Part shown: positions 28,198 to 41,300 of the stretch, piece by piece
Position numbering within the stretch: the stretch's first letter is position 1
How the letters are laid out: each line of letters begins with the position of its first letter
From: a virus
Taxonomy: Duplodnaviria; Caudoviricetes
Length of the DNA: 63,031 nucleotides
Direction: 5' to 3' (one strand)
IMG/VR virus record: IMGVR_UViG_3300045534_000064
Span: 1-63,031 of that record
The notes under the pieces: model-generated
What the model was told of the DNA's origin: nothing
The model's input: the letters and a program-made list of their open reading frames with translations, nothing else
Databases searched by the model: none
Made by a program: the position numbers and the translations under genes

Positions 28198-29304
28198 ATG
28201 AGCAATTTGGGATTGGGGATGATCGCAGCCGGGGCGGCGATTGACGAACAAAAAGCCCAAGAGTTGCGCGACCAGCGGAACCAACGCTTTGATTGGGAAA
28301 AGCAGAAAGCGCAGTCTGAGTTGTCGCTGTTGGACGACAAGGCGGCAGCCGAACGATCCGGGTATCAAAACACGGTCGGGGTTAATGCGGCGGCCAAAGA
28401 AGTGCGCCCGCTAGAAACGGCCAACGAAAAGGCCCAGCTTGGCATAGACGCCGTTTCTCTCAGAAACGCCGCCAATCGACAACCAACGCTGGAGCAAACC
28501 AAGGACAATGAAGCCATTGCAGCAGAGGGTGTTTCCAAGGTTAAGGCCGCTTTGCAAGGTGTTCAGTCCGACCGCATTCCGCAATTGGTAAACAACGCCA
28601 GAACGCAAGGCGTGATTGACGACGCGGCCTCGTCTAAGCTGATTGGCGCAAGCATTGCTGACATGGTGGATCGTGGCGACCAACAGGGCATTGTGAGCCT
28701 GCTGAACGCGCAGAAACAAGCATCGAGCGATCCCAAAATCACCGAGTTGCCAGATGTGGCCGCAGTGGCCAAAGCCAAAGATGCACAAGGCAACGAAGTC
28801 TTAATTCTGAAAGACGCGGCGGGCAATCAAATCAAGACTCGCCCCATGTCGGACTTTTACGCTGCGCGCGACAGTCTGGCCAAGCCCGAGGTCAAAAATG
28901 TCAATGCCGGCGATTCGCTGGTGAGCGTTCGGGGAGATAAAGCCACGCCGCTTTACACCGCCCCCGGCAACCCGGCAAAAGACAGCCGCCCGGCAGAGGC
29001 ACGGCTGACCGACTACTTCATCAGCATTGGCGTACCGCCGGACGAGGCAGCGCGCCGTGCCAGCCGGCTCAAGGATATGTCGCCCGCCAATGCGGTGCTT
29101 GAGCTTTACAAAATCAATTTGCAGGCGCTGCCGGCTAATGCTTCCGAAGCGGATCGACAAAAGGCACTCAAAACAGCTCAAACCGACGTAGATGCAATTT
29201 TTCCAAACAAAACGCCGGAGAAAAATGGATCTTTAGGCGCAAATGGCGCGCAATCCACGCGCCCAGCAAACCCGAAAATCAACAAGGTTATTGGCCTCAA
29301 TTAG
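28198..29304 (+). CDS. Internal virion (ejection) protein
   Basis: Gly-rich N-terminus, helical Q/A/K-rich body; precedes the giant gene. Confidence 0.6.
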   Translation: MSNLGLGMIAAGAAIDEQKAQELRDQRNQRFDWEKQKAQSELSLLDDKAAAERSGYQNTVGVNAAAKEVRPLETANEKAQLGIDAVSLRNAANRQPTLEQTKDNEAIAAEGVSKVKAALQGVQSDRIPQLVNNARTQGVIDDAASSKLIGASIADMVDRGDQQGIVSLLNAQKQASSDPKITELPDVAAVAKAKDAQGNEVLILKDAAGNQIKTRPMSDFYAARDSLAKPEVKNVNAGDSLVSVRGDKATPLYTAPGNPAKDSRPAEARLTDYFISIGVPPDEAARRASRLKDMSPANAVLELYKINLQALPANASEADRQKALKTAQTDVDAIFPNKTPEKNGSLGANGAQSTRPANPKINKVIGLN

Positions 29305-29310
29305 CGCGGA

Positions 29311-29337
29311 GTCGAATACCTGACAGGCGCCTAAACT
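29311..29337 (+). promoter_or_regulatory. Late promoter copy upstream of the giant gene
   Basis: GTCGAAT-N14-TAAACT. Confidence 0.7.
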
Positions 29338-29378
29338 CATGGGAATCCTCTCACGGCTTTCCTTGATTAAGGCGCTTC

Positions 29379-32300
29379 ATGGACAAGAAAGACACGCTCG
29401 GGCTTGATTCGCTCAACACATCTTCCGGTCTGAAAGAAATCCCTTGGGACAACACCTCGGGCGCCCTAACAGAGATTCCGTGGGACACACCAGCGAAACA
29501 ACCCGGCGCGCCGGATACCAGGCAACGTCTGCGCCAGGTTGATGCCGCGACGCTGCGTTTGCTGGCCGACCAAGAGGGCGCAGGCCACCTTGTTCCTGTC
29601 ATTGAAGCGCTCTACGGCCAAGAATCCGGCAGCGGCGCAAACGCGCGCACCTCAACCGACGGCGCGCAAGGCGGGATGCAGATTATCCCCGCCACCTTTC
29701 AGCGGTACGCCAAGCCGGGGGAGCGTATCGACAGCCCTGACGACAACATGCGCGTCGGGGTGCGGATCATCAAGGATCTGGCCAACAAGTTTGGCAACGA
29801 CCCGGCCAAGATTGCCACCGGCTACTTCTCCGGCGAAGGCAACGTCAATCCGGGGCAGGGCAGCGCGTGGAAGAATGACGCCCGCGACGGCAACGGCAAG
29901 TCGGTCAGCGGGTATGTGTCCGACGTGTTGAAGCGCGTAGGCGGCGCGCCCACCAAAGAGCAGGCGCCACAACAAAGCGCCCCCGATCTGGACAAGGCGC
30001 CCAAGTGGAAAGATGTTATCGGCAAGCCAGAGTACGCCGCTCTGTCCGACGCTGAAAAGGCCGAAGCTAAAGCCGCCTACTTCGATTACTGGATCGCCCC
30101 GCACGCGGGCGACGAACGCGACGCAATCCGCGCCAAGTTTTTGTCGCAAAAAGACGAAGGCCCAAGCCTACTGAGCCGCGCCGCCTCCGCGGTGGGCGAT
30201 ATGTTCAAGTCGGAACCCTCGATTGCTGAGAAGGCTGCCGCCCTCCCGGCGAAAGAGTTGCCAACCACCAGTCGAGTGCCTGTCGAGCGCAAGGTACGCG
30301 ACGCCTTCAACGCCCAATGGGACGCTGCCACCCCGGAACAGCGCGCCGCACTGGCGCAACAACCTGGCTGGCAAGGGATGCTCGCGAGGGAGCGCGCGGG
30401 CCTGTTCGAGCAGGCCGGCAAGGCCGCTCAAGGCACGCCTTCTTCCGCCATGCTTGATCCGCGCGTCGAAGCCCGCCGCGCGCAGTTGATTGCCAAGGGC
30501 GAAGATCCGCGGTTTGCCGAGCGCGCGGCAATGGAAGGCGCTCGCGCTGGGGCGCTTCCGGGGCAGGAAGTTGCTGCGCTGGGCGGCACCGCGCAAAAGT
30601 CCGAATTTGACTTCGACACCAAGAACCTGTTTGACCCAAACAAAAACCCCAACGGCCTTAACAACCCGCTTACTCGCGGTATTGCAAAAGGCGGTTTGGG
30701 GTTGGGAAAAGCCGCCGCAGGCTACACGCAGTTTGTCGGGGACGTGCTGGGCATCGACGGCATGGCCAAATCCGGCAAGCGGGTGGGCGGCGCAATTAGC
30801 GGCAAAGAAGATGCGATTGGAGATCGCGGAGACTTCCTCGGGCGGAATTTTGAAGGAGCGATCAATTCCATCACGCAACAGCTTCCGCTTCTGATTGGTG
30901 GCGTCAAAGGCGCGTCAGAAGCCGCAGTGTTGAGCGGAATGGCATTTCAGTCATTTGGTCAAGAGTACAGCGACGGCCGCGCCAAGGGGCAGGACGTGGC
31001 GCAAGCCACGACCCGCGCGGCAATCTTTGCCGCCTTTGAGGTAATTGGCGAAAAGTTTGGCTTGGGCGACCAGCTTGCCGCTCTCAAAGGCGCTGCCAAG
31101 GGAATGCCTACCGACCAGATACTCGGGTTCCTTGGTTCCGCGCTTAAAAAGGAAATCCCCGGCGAGTTGCTGACCACCACCGGGCAATTTGCCACGGACA
31201 AGTTTGCACCCGGCGGGGTGGGCCTGACGCCACAAGCAACGGGAGCCGATTACCTAAAGCAAGTGGCCGACACCATTGCACAAACATTCATGCAATCGGG
31301 TTTGATGGCAGGTGGCACCACCGGCGTATCCAAGGCTGTGCAATTTGCCCGCGAAGGCCGAGACAGTTCCGCCGTGATGGCAAACGCCGCCCGCGAAAGC
31401 GCACTGTCTAAATGGTCGCAGGGTTTGGGTGGCACCCCCACCAGCGCCAACGTCACCCCCGACGGCCGCCTCGACCCAACGACGGCAGGCACCAGCACGA
31501 TGACGCCCGCCGAGCCGTCGCCTATCGACGTGCATCCGACGGTGCAAACAGCCGATGCCATTGTCAAAGAGTTGGCGGCACAGGCCGGCATCCCGGAATC
31601 GACCGTACTCCCCACGCCAGCCGCCAATAGCGCCGAGGCGGTGGCCGATCAGGACGTGATGGACTTTGCCAGCGTCCGGTACGACCAACTGCGTGCCAAG
31701 CGCGACGGCTCGATGGAAACCGTTGTCACGGAGCAAGGCCCGGTAGATCAGACGGTTCCCGGGGTTGGTCTGTCTGCGGCAGAAGCGCAGGAATTGGCTG
31801 CGCTGGAAAAGGCCCAGGGCAATCCTCAGGCATTGCGTGCGCTGTACGGCTTTGATAAACCCCAAGGAACCCCATTACAGGAGACTCAAAATGCAAAAAC
31901 TAACCAACAAGGCCAAGCAGTTGGGCCTGCACCAAGCCCGAGTGCCGTCAGCACAGATGGGCAGCCAAGCGGGGCAGCCACCGTCGAAAGCGCCGCAGGG
32001 CAGGCCCCAAGCGCCCAAAGCAGTGCCGGCGCAGGCCAACGATACCCAGGGGTATCAGCCCAAGCGCCGGTAGTCTCGCTGGCCGACCGCTCCGAGGAGG
32101 AATTGCGCCAGCAGTTGCGCAATGCCAATTCCAGCAAAGTTCGCAAAGCCATCAGCGAAGAACTGGCGCGGCGCAAGGCAGTGGAAGCCACCAAGACGAA
32201 TAGCCGTGTCAAGCCTGACGAGCCTCCACTGGCTGAGGGGATGACCCGTTTGTACCACGGAAACGCAACCCCCGGCCGATACGACGGAAAAGCATGGTTT

Positions 32301-35300
32301 TCCACACAAAGGAGCTATGCGGAAAATTATCGTGGCTCAGACTCTGAGCTTCAATACGTTGATGTTCCGACAGAGCGCATAAACAAACTGGCTGACCCTG
32401 ATGGTTATGGCCAGACGCCGGATAAAGGATTTCAATTCAATGTCGAGTTTGACTCGGCAGATGTCGGGGTGCGCAAACCTTTGCTGCAAACCAAGCCCGC
32501 CGCCCCCACAGCCGAGAAAGAAGCCAAGGAGCAGAAAGCAAATGGCCCTCAAGCCGTTGAAGCCCAGCAAGCAGAAGCGCAAGGATCGGAAGCACCCGCC
32601 GTATCAACCGGGGCAGTAGATCCTGCCGGCAAGACCGACAAGAAGCGCCAAGCCGCGCTCGACCGCATTGCCAATGGCACGGCGTACTTCTACACCCCGG
32701 ACAAAGCCAAGGACTTCATCAAGAAGAACGGGCTGGCCGACACACACGAGGCGGTGAAGAACGGCAAGCGGTTTGAGATTGTGGCGAAGGGGGCGGAAGC
32801 GGTTGGCGAGAAGCCCAAGACCGAGAAAGAGGCGAGGGAGCAACGCGAAGCCCCTGGCACTCGAATCAACGGCGACGTTGAGCGTAAAGCGGCTGACCGT
32901 CTGGAGCAGCTTTACAACCAGATGGGCAATATCACCAACCGCAACAGCCTAGAAGGAAATGCCAAGGCAGCGGTGCAGGGAGTTATTGCTGAACTGCGCA
33001 AGGAAAAAACCGTTTCGAGCGTAACTGCCATTCTGAACGACGCGGCAGATGCATTGGATAGGAATTACCGCGCATTCGCTGACGTGATCCGCGAGGTGTC
33101 GGACGATTTGGGCGGGGAGACTGCTAAAGATTCATCAAAGGCCGAGGCGGTCAAGCCCAAGACCGACCAAGCCCCCAAAGCCGACGACTTCGACGCCATG
33201 TTCGATGACGTGCTGGCCGAGGAATTGGCGAAGGATGAGGGCAAGACGGCCAAGCCTAAGAATGAGCGCGAAACCAAGTACAACCGTCTGTCTGACGAGT
33301 GGAATGCACTGACTGAAAAACGCAAAGCGGCGCCAGAATCCGAGCGTGCGGCCATCGAGGAACGGATGCGCGCCATTGATCTTCAAATGCGCGCCATTCA
33401 GGGTGACGTGCAGCGCGAGGCAATGGCAGAAGGAAATGCCAAGCGGAAGCAAGAGGCTAAGGCGAAGTACGGCGCCATGCCGATTGGCACTCGCATTGGC
33501 TTGATCGAGTTTCCAGACAACGACAACATCTATCTGGAAAAGACTGGCACGGACGAATGGACTCGCTTCGGCATTGGCTCGGATACCCCGACCAGAACTA
33601 GCGCCGAGATGGAGGGGGATCGAGTTATTGCCGATGCCGGAAAGGAAGCCCGCGCCCAACGCACCGCCGCCGAATCGCTGGCCAGCGCCGCGAAGAACAC
33701 CGCCGCCGGTCTGGACGCGGCAATAGACGGCTTGGGCAAGTTGTTCGGCGGTTCCGGACGACTGAGCAGTGGTCTAACCTTCGACGAGGAAACCTACGCA
33801 AAGGCCAAGCCGCTTTTCCTGCAAGCTATCGCCAACCTGAAAGACGCCGGTTCGGACTTGAAGGAGGCCATGCGTACCGTTGTGCGAATGGTACTGGACA
33901 AGTTTGGGGCGGAAGCCGCCGGCAATATGAAGCCGTATGTCGTGCGGTTTATTGAAGAAACGGCTGGCACTGAAAAGCGTGCGGAAAATGCCACCACCGC
34001 CACCGACCTTTTCACCCCCGAAGGCAAATTCAAAGTCGCCAAGGAGATTGCCGACTTCCTGATTGGCGACGGCTCATTCAAGACCATCATCGAGGCGCGC
34101 AAGCAGATCAGCGAGATCATCGGTCGCCCGATTGAAGCCGCCACCGAACTGGCCAAGCAGGCCGACGAAGCTATCGAAACCGGGGTGGTGCTGGCAGGGC
34201 GCGAGATTGTTGAGGCCGGGCGCAAGCAAGGGCGCTCGCCAGAGGTGATCTACAGCCGATTGGTCGATTTGTACAACCGCCAGCCGAATCTGTCGGTGCG
34301 CTCATCGACCAGTGTGCGCGATCAGGCGTACTCGACCCCCGTGCCGCTGGCTTACCTCGCCTCGGAACTGGCCGGCATCACCTACAACAGCAAGGTGCTG
34401 GAACCGACCGCCGGCAACGGCATGTTGCTGGTCGGGGCGAAGCTGGAAAACTCGGTCGCCAATGAACTGAACCCCAAGCGCGCCGCCATGCTCGATGCGA
34501 TGGGATTCAAAGCGGAGCAGAAGAACGCCGCCACCGAAAGCATGGCCCCGGCCAAGTCGCAGGACGCGGTGATTGCCAACCCACCTTTTGGCGTAACCAA
34601 GGACGCCCAAGGCAACACCATCATCTACGAGGTGAAGCCAAATTACGGCACCCGCGAAGTGGATCACGCCATTGCCTTCAAGGCGCTCGATACCATGAAA
34701 GACGACGGGCGGGCGGTGCTCATTGTTGGTGGTGTACAAAGTGAAGCCGAGGAAGCGCGCCGGGAGGACTACCGGGGCAAGAGCAAGCGCACGTTCTACT
34801 TCAACCTCTACAACGACTACAATGTAGTCGATCATTTCACGGTTGATGGCGACCTTTACTCCAAGCAAGGGGCGAGCTACCCGGTTGATGTAATCGTCAT
34901 TGACGGGCGCGGCAAGTCGGCACGCGATCTGCCCGCAGCCGACCTCCCGAAAATCATCCGTTCGTATGACGAACTTAAGGAGAAGTTGAATGGCGCTAAT
35001 GGCGTGGAGTCCCGAGCAGACAGCGGCACCGATGGAGTTGGTGGCCGTGATGGTCAGACCGGGAGTGCTGACGGAGAAGGATTGGGCGGAAGCACTGGCG
35101 GATCGAGTGACGAAGCTGGCACGCAAAGCCAGCCCAACGGATCTGGTTCGGGCGTGCGCGTCAATGGGCCTGCCAACGGAGGACGACCCGAATCAGGCGG
35201 GCAACGTGTTGGTAATGGGCAACTGGAATCTCAGAACGCACCTCAGCCTGGCGCTGGCGGAAAGCAGCCCGTTTCCGGTAACGGTGAGCAGCAACAACCC

Positions 35301-38300
35301 GGACGCGCAGGAAGCAATCGAGCAAACCGATCTGACAGCGTGGGTGGATCTAGCGTTGTCGCAGGTGAGCGAGTCGAGTCTGGACTGACCGATCGCCGGG
35401 GCGAGGAACAGGAAACCGAAACCCAGGTTGCCTACGCCCCCCATTCTCAAGCCTCGTCGGTCGGCACGCTCGTGCCGAAGGCGATGCGCGACGCCATCGA
35501 CGCCTCGATTCAACGGATTGAGGACAGGGTAGGCGACCTTGACCAGTACGTTGCCGACTCGCTGAAAATGGACGCGGAAACCTTGCGCGCCAATTTCTCA
35601 GCCGAGCAGGTGGATGCACTGGCACTGGCCATCGACAACGCCGAATCCGGTGCGGGCTTCATCATTGGCGACCAGACCGGCATCGGCAAAGGCCGGGTGG
35701 TGGCGGCCATGATCCGGTACGCGCTGGTCAATGGCAAGACGCCGATCTTCGTTACGGAAAAGCCGAACCTGTATTCGGACATGATCCGCGACTTGGACGA
35801 CATCGGCATGACCGATGAATTGGCGCTCGACACCAAGAAACCACGCATCCTTATCACCAACGGCGGCGAGTCGATCCCATACACCCTGATTCGCAACAAG
35901 AATGGCGAAGTCACCGAAACCAACCTCACGCTAAAGTCTCCGAAATCCGGCAAGGCGCTTGACGAAATGATGCGTGACATGGCCGCCTCGGACAGCTTGG
36001 GCGAGTACCGAGTCATTTTCACGACGTACAGCCAGTTGCAGACCGTCAAAAGCAAGGTCACTGAGCGCCAACGCTTCGTCAAGCAATTTGGCGACAGCAA
36101 CTACATGATCTTTGACGAGTCCCACAACGCAGGCGGCGGCGGTGAGCAGCAGGCACGCAGCAAAGATCAACGGGACGCGGAAAAGAAAGGCGAAAGCACA
36201 GCCGCGGGAAGATCCGGTTTTGTCCGTGACTTGGTGAAAAACGCCTACGGCACCTTCTTCTCGTCGGCTACCTACGCCAAGCGCCCGGACGTGATGGATC
36301 TGTATTCCAGCACCAACATGAGCTTGGCCGTAGATCGGCCCCGCGACCTTGCAGACGCGATCAAGCGCGGCGGCGTGCCAATGCAGCAAGTGGTGGCCAC
36401 GATGCTTACCAAGGACGGCCAATACATTCGCCGTGAGCGCACGTTTGCCGGCGTGTCCTATGACACGGTGGAAACCAGAGTCGATAAGGAAACCGCTGAA
36501 AACATGGCATCGGCCATGCGCTCCATTCTTGCTTTCTCTCGCGCCAAAGAAGCCGTGATTGCGGACATGCAAAAAGAAATGGACAAGCAAGGGGCGATGC
36601 TTTCCGCTGTTGGTGGAGAATCCAGCAGCGTGCAAGGCGCCAATTTTGGCTCGATCATGCACAACTTGATCGACCAGATGTTGCTGTCACTCAAGGCGCA
36701 AGACTCGGTAAATCACGCCATTGAGCGCCTGAAAGCCGGCGAAAAAGTGGTGATGACAGTATCGAACACGATGGGTTCGTTCCTGAAAAACTATGCCGAG
36801 GACATGAACCTGAACGCCGGTGACCCGGTGGCTCTGTCATTTTCTGACCTCTATAACCGCTATCTGGAAAAACAGCGCATCGTAAAAATCAAGTCAGCAA
36901 ACGGTGAGGTGAAAGAGCACCGCCTGACCGACGCAGAACTTGGCCCCTCGCTGGTTGCCATGTTCCAGCGCATCAAGCAGCAGATTGCAGAATCCGGCTT
37001 TGGCTCCGCGCCCATTTCGCCCATCGACTACATGCACGCCGAGCTTCGCAAGGCGGGCTACAAGACCGACGAAATTACCGGGCGCACGATTGCTTTGAAT
37101 TACGAAAGCGGCGAGCCAGTGCTGGCCACGAGAACCGCCAACATCAAGCAGCGCGTCGGCGCCGTGCGCGGGTTCAATAACGGTGACACCGATGTGTTGA
37201 TCTTGAATCAGGCCGGCTCCACGGGCCTGTCCCTGCACGCTTCCTCAAAATTCAAGGATCAGCGCAAGCGTCACATGATCGTGGTGCAGGCCGAGAAGAA
37301 CATCGACACGCATATGCAGATGCTTGGCCGGGTGCATCGTACCGGGCAGGTGGTGGCGCCGGCTTACTCGCAAATGATGGCCGACATCCCCGCGGAAATG
37401 CGCCCGGCTGCCGTGCTCCTCAAGAAGATGGCCAGCCTTAATGCCAACACCACGGCCTCGCGCAAGTCGGCTGTGACCGCTGAGGGCGTGGTCGATTTCA
37501 TGAACGACTACGGCGGCCAGGTGGTGCATGAGTACCTGCGCGATAACCCGGAGGTATATCAAGCAATCGGCGGATCCAAAGTCATAAAGCTGGTCGAAGA
37601 TCCGACCGAGGATGCTTCCGAGGACGACATTCGCAAACTCACCGGCTACATTCCGATTCTGCCCATCGCGCAGCAGGAAACCATCTACAAGGACTTGATC
37701 GACCGCTACAACGAGTTGCTTGAGCGCGAAAACAGCTTGGGCACCAACAAACTCGAAGCCAAGGCACTGGACTTGGATGCCGAGACAATCGACTCGCAGC
37801 CGATCACCGAGCAGAAGGAAAGCCCGTCTATCTTCGCCGCCCCGGCGCAGATGGAGCGCGTGGATGTGAAGCGCACGGTGAAGCCGTATTCGACCGCCGA
37901 AATCACCGACATGGTGAAGGAACGGAGGGGAGACAAGACGGCTGTGCAGATTGCCAACGAGGCCGTCGCGCGGCTGGTAGAGCGCACTGCCGATTACTCG
38001 AAAAAGACAATCGAGAAGATGCAGGCGGCGGAAGCGCCCGATCCCGTGCGGATCGAGGCCACGCGCAACCAGATCGACATGGCGCTCAACATCGCCAAGA
38101 CGGTGCTTTCCACTTACCGAATTGGCGACACCATCTCGATCACGGACAACAACGGGCAGGTGCTTTACGGCGCAATCACCGACATTTCCAATTCCGGGCG
38201 CACGGCCAACCCGGCCGCCGGATCTGACTGGAAAATGCAGATCGCGCTGGCCAATGGCGATGCAAAGTCTTTGACGTTGAGTTTTTCACAACTCGCCGCC

Positions 38301-41300
38301 CGTTATCGACTGGCCAAAGAAACCAGCGTGAATTGGTACAACGCCGAAACACAGGCGCTTGAGCCGATGCGCGTGCTCGACATTTTCGACAAGGGCGCCA
38401 CGGTGCGCCGCGAAAAGCGGTGGATGGTGACGGGCAACATTCTGGCTGGGTTTGCGCAATACCAAGGCCAGATCGTCAGCTACACGAAGAAGGACGGCAC
38501 GATCGGCCAGGGTGTGCTGATGAGCCGGCAGTTTGACTTTGCCAAGGAGCAAAAGAATGCGCCGGTGAGGATCAAGAGCGCCGACGCCGCCAGCAAATTC
38601 TTTGGCGCAACCGCAGACGGCGCCACCATCGGAACCCCGGACGCTGCTTTGCGGATCATTGCGCGCGGCAATGGCTATACCGTTTTGGTGCCGAGCAGCA
38701 AGAAAGAAGGCGGAACCTACTTCTTGGACAGTGGCCTGACCAACGCGCTTGGTGGGGACTTTTACAAGACCGGATCGGTGATGACGGCTCGCAATGTCAC
38801 CGAGGCGCAAATGCGCAACACGGTGGAATACCTGCTCAAGCAGCGCGAGGAAACTCTCGTGGCACTGAGCAATCAGGAGCAGGCGCGGGAAATGTTTGCG
38901 GTGAAGGGAGAGGCCGGCCCCCGCGAGTTCAACGACATTGCTAGCCCGCTACCCGCCACCATCAAGGTCGATGGCAAAGACCGCCCCACCCGCAACAGCC
39001 AGGGCAAGAATATCCACCCGACCGCCGAGGGTGTGCGCAACTTCTGGAAGTGGTTTGGTGATTCCAAGGTGGTGGATGAGCAGGGCCGGCCGCTGGTGGT
39101 TTATCACGGGACGAACCGAGATTTCAACGCATTTGAACGTCAGCCGTGGTTCCGCAAGCAGGAAGGTCTGGACTCTATCGGTTCGTGGTTTACCGATAAT
39201 CCTGATCGGGCGGCCGACTACGGCGACTCGATCATGCCGGTCTACCTAAAGATCGAAACGCCAAACATCTACGATAAGTTTGTGGATTTGCGACTGGACT
39301 GGTCAGAAGCACAACCGGCTCGTGGCGATTACGCCGCAATGCACAAACAAAACAAGCATTGGGGTAGCACAGAGGCATACCGGGACAGTGTAGCTGGTAC
39401 GGATGGCGTTGTTATAAAGCAGCACGGCGACGCAGAGTGGAAAAACCAAACGGCCTATGTTGCCTTCGACCCCACCCAAATCAAATCCGCCATCGGCAAC
39501 ACCGGCGCATTTGACGGGGCCGCGCCTTCGATCCTGAACGACCTCTCCACCGCCCCAGCCGCCGCTTTCACCCGCACGCCCGAGCCGGTGCGCGCCAACG
39601 CGCTGACCAAACTCAAGGGGCTGGAACGCCGCCTGAGCGACGGCAGCATCACCGAGTCCGAATACCGCCTCGGGGTGCAGCAGTTGATCGGCAAGCTGGA
39701 ACAGCGCAACGACGCCCGCGACGAGCGCCGCATGGAATCGGGCCGCCGCCGTGGAGCCGACTGGATTGTGGCGCAGCTTCGCCGTGGGGTGGCCGACAAC
39801 ACGGTGCCGCGCAACGAGGCTGACTTTGCGGAATGGTTGCTCGACCAGAATCCAAATCTGGCCAACGGCTTGGGCATCAGCATCAGCGGCAAGGACGGCA
39901 ACGGCGCGGCCGGCAATTACAACCCGCTGGCCCAGATTGCCAAGCTATTCACCTCGGCCAACTTGGGAAGCGGCACGGCGGTGCATGAGATCCTGCACCA
40001 CACCGAACGCATGATGCCGGTTGAAGTGCAAAACGGCGTAATGAAGGCGTGGCAACGGGCGTGGGACGCCGCTTACAAGGCGGGTGATGCCAAGCTGAAA
40101 GCCGCACTGGATGACATGCTGGCGGCCAGCCTTGGTGACAAAAACGCGCACGGCCGCACCAAGTCAGCGTTTGCCGCTGGCACGCTCCGATACGCCGACC
40201 ACTACCAGTTGTTCAGCCCGTCAGAATTCTGGACGGTCAATGCCACCAACATTCTGTCGGGCCGTTTTGCCGCTCAAGGTTCGTGGGTCAAGACGGCAAT
40301 CCAGTGGTTCAAAGAGTTCGTGCAGCGTGCCAAGGCGGTGTTCGGCCTGCGCTCCGATGCTCCGATTCTGGAAGCACTGGATGACGTGATGAAGGGCGAA
40401 GGCGTGTTCCAGCCAGGTGCCGAAATGATGGCGGAACGGGTGGATGGGGCCAGCAAGTCGGGTGACATTCTCTACAACGACATTGTTCGGAAGTCGCAGG
40501 AACGGCTCGATGAGATCGGCTTCTTCGGCAACGCCATGCACACGCAAAAGAGGAAAGGCGAACTGATGCCGGAGTACGGCAAGGTTTGGAAGCTGGCGCG
40601 TCAGATGCAGGCCACGCTGGCCCGCGCGGCAAATCGCCCGGCTGATATGGCCCCCGGCGTGCTAGCAAAGGTGGATGACGTTGGAGCCGCCGCGAAGTCG
40701 CTTGTGTGGATCAATAACAATCACAAACACAAGGTCGCAGCAGCCGCCGCCTTGTTCGCCGGCACCACGGCTGGCGAAACCGCGTTACAGGGGCGCGTCT
40801 GGACGGAAGACGAGTTCAAGCAGCGGTTCAGCAGCAACGAGGCGGCGTGGAAGATGTATCAACAGTCACGCAATGCAATCAATCAAAGCCTGACCGAAGT
40901 GGCTTCCGCCGAAGCGTATTCGGTGGTTTATGGTTTGCTCGGGAAAGACCGCAAAACCATTCTGGAATCCTTGATTGACAGCCCACAATACGCAGAAAGT
41001 GTGATTTCCGAAAAGCTCAATCGGTTGATTTCCAAAATCAACGCAGCAATCGAGAAAGCCTCAGAAGCCGGCAACGATCAGCAAGTCGCCTCACTCGAAG
41101 AAACGCGGGCAACCGTCGAAAAAGCGCAAACCACGTTGGATGCTTTGTTTCAGCGTGCCCAGGATCTTAAAAACGCCGGCTATGCGCCGCTAATGCGTTT
41201 CGGGCCGTACATGGTAACGGTTCGGGCAACCGACCCGGCTACCGGAGAAAAAATACTAAATGCAGATGGAAAACCAATTACGCTTGAGCGGCATCACTTC

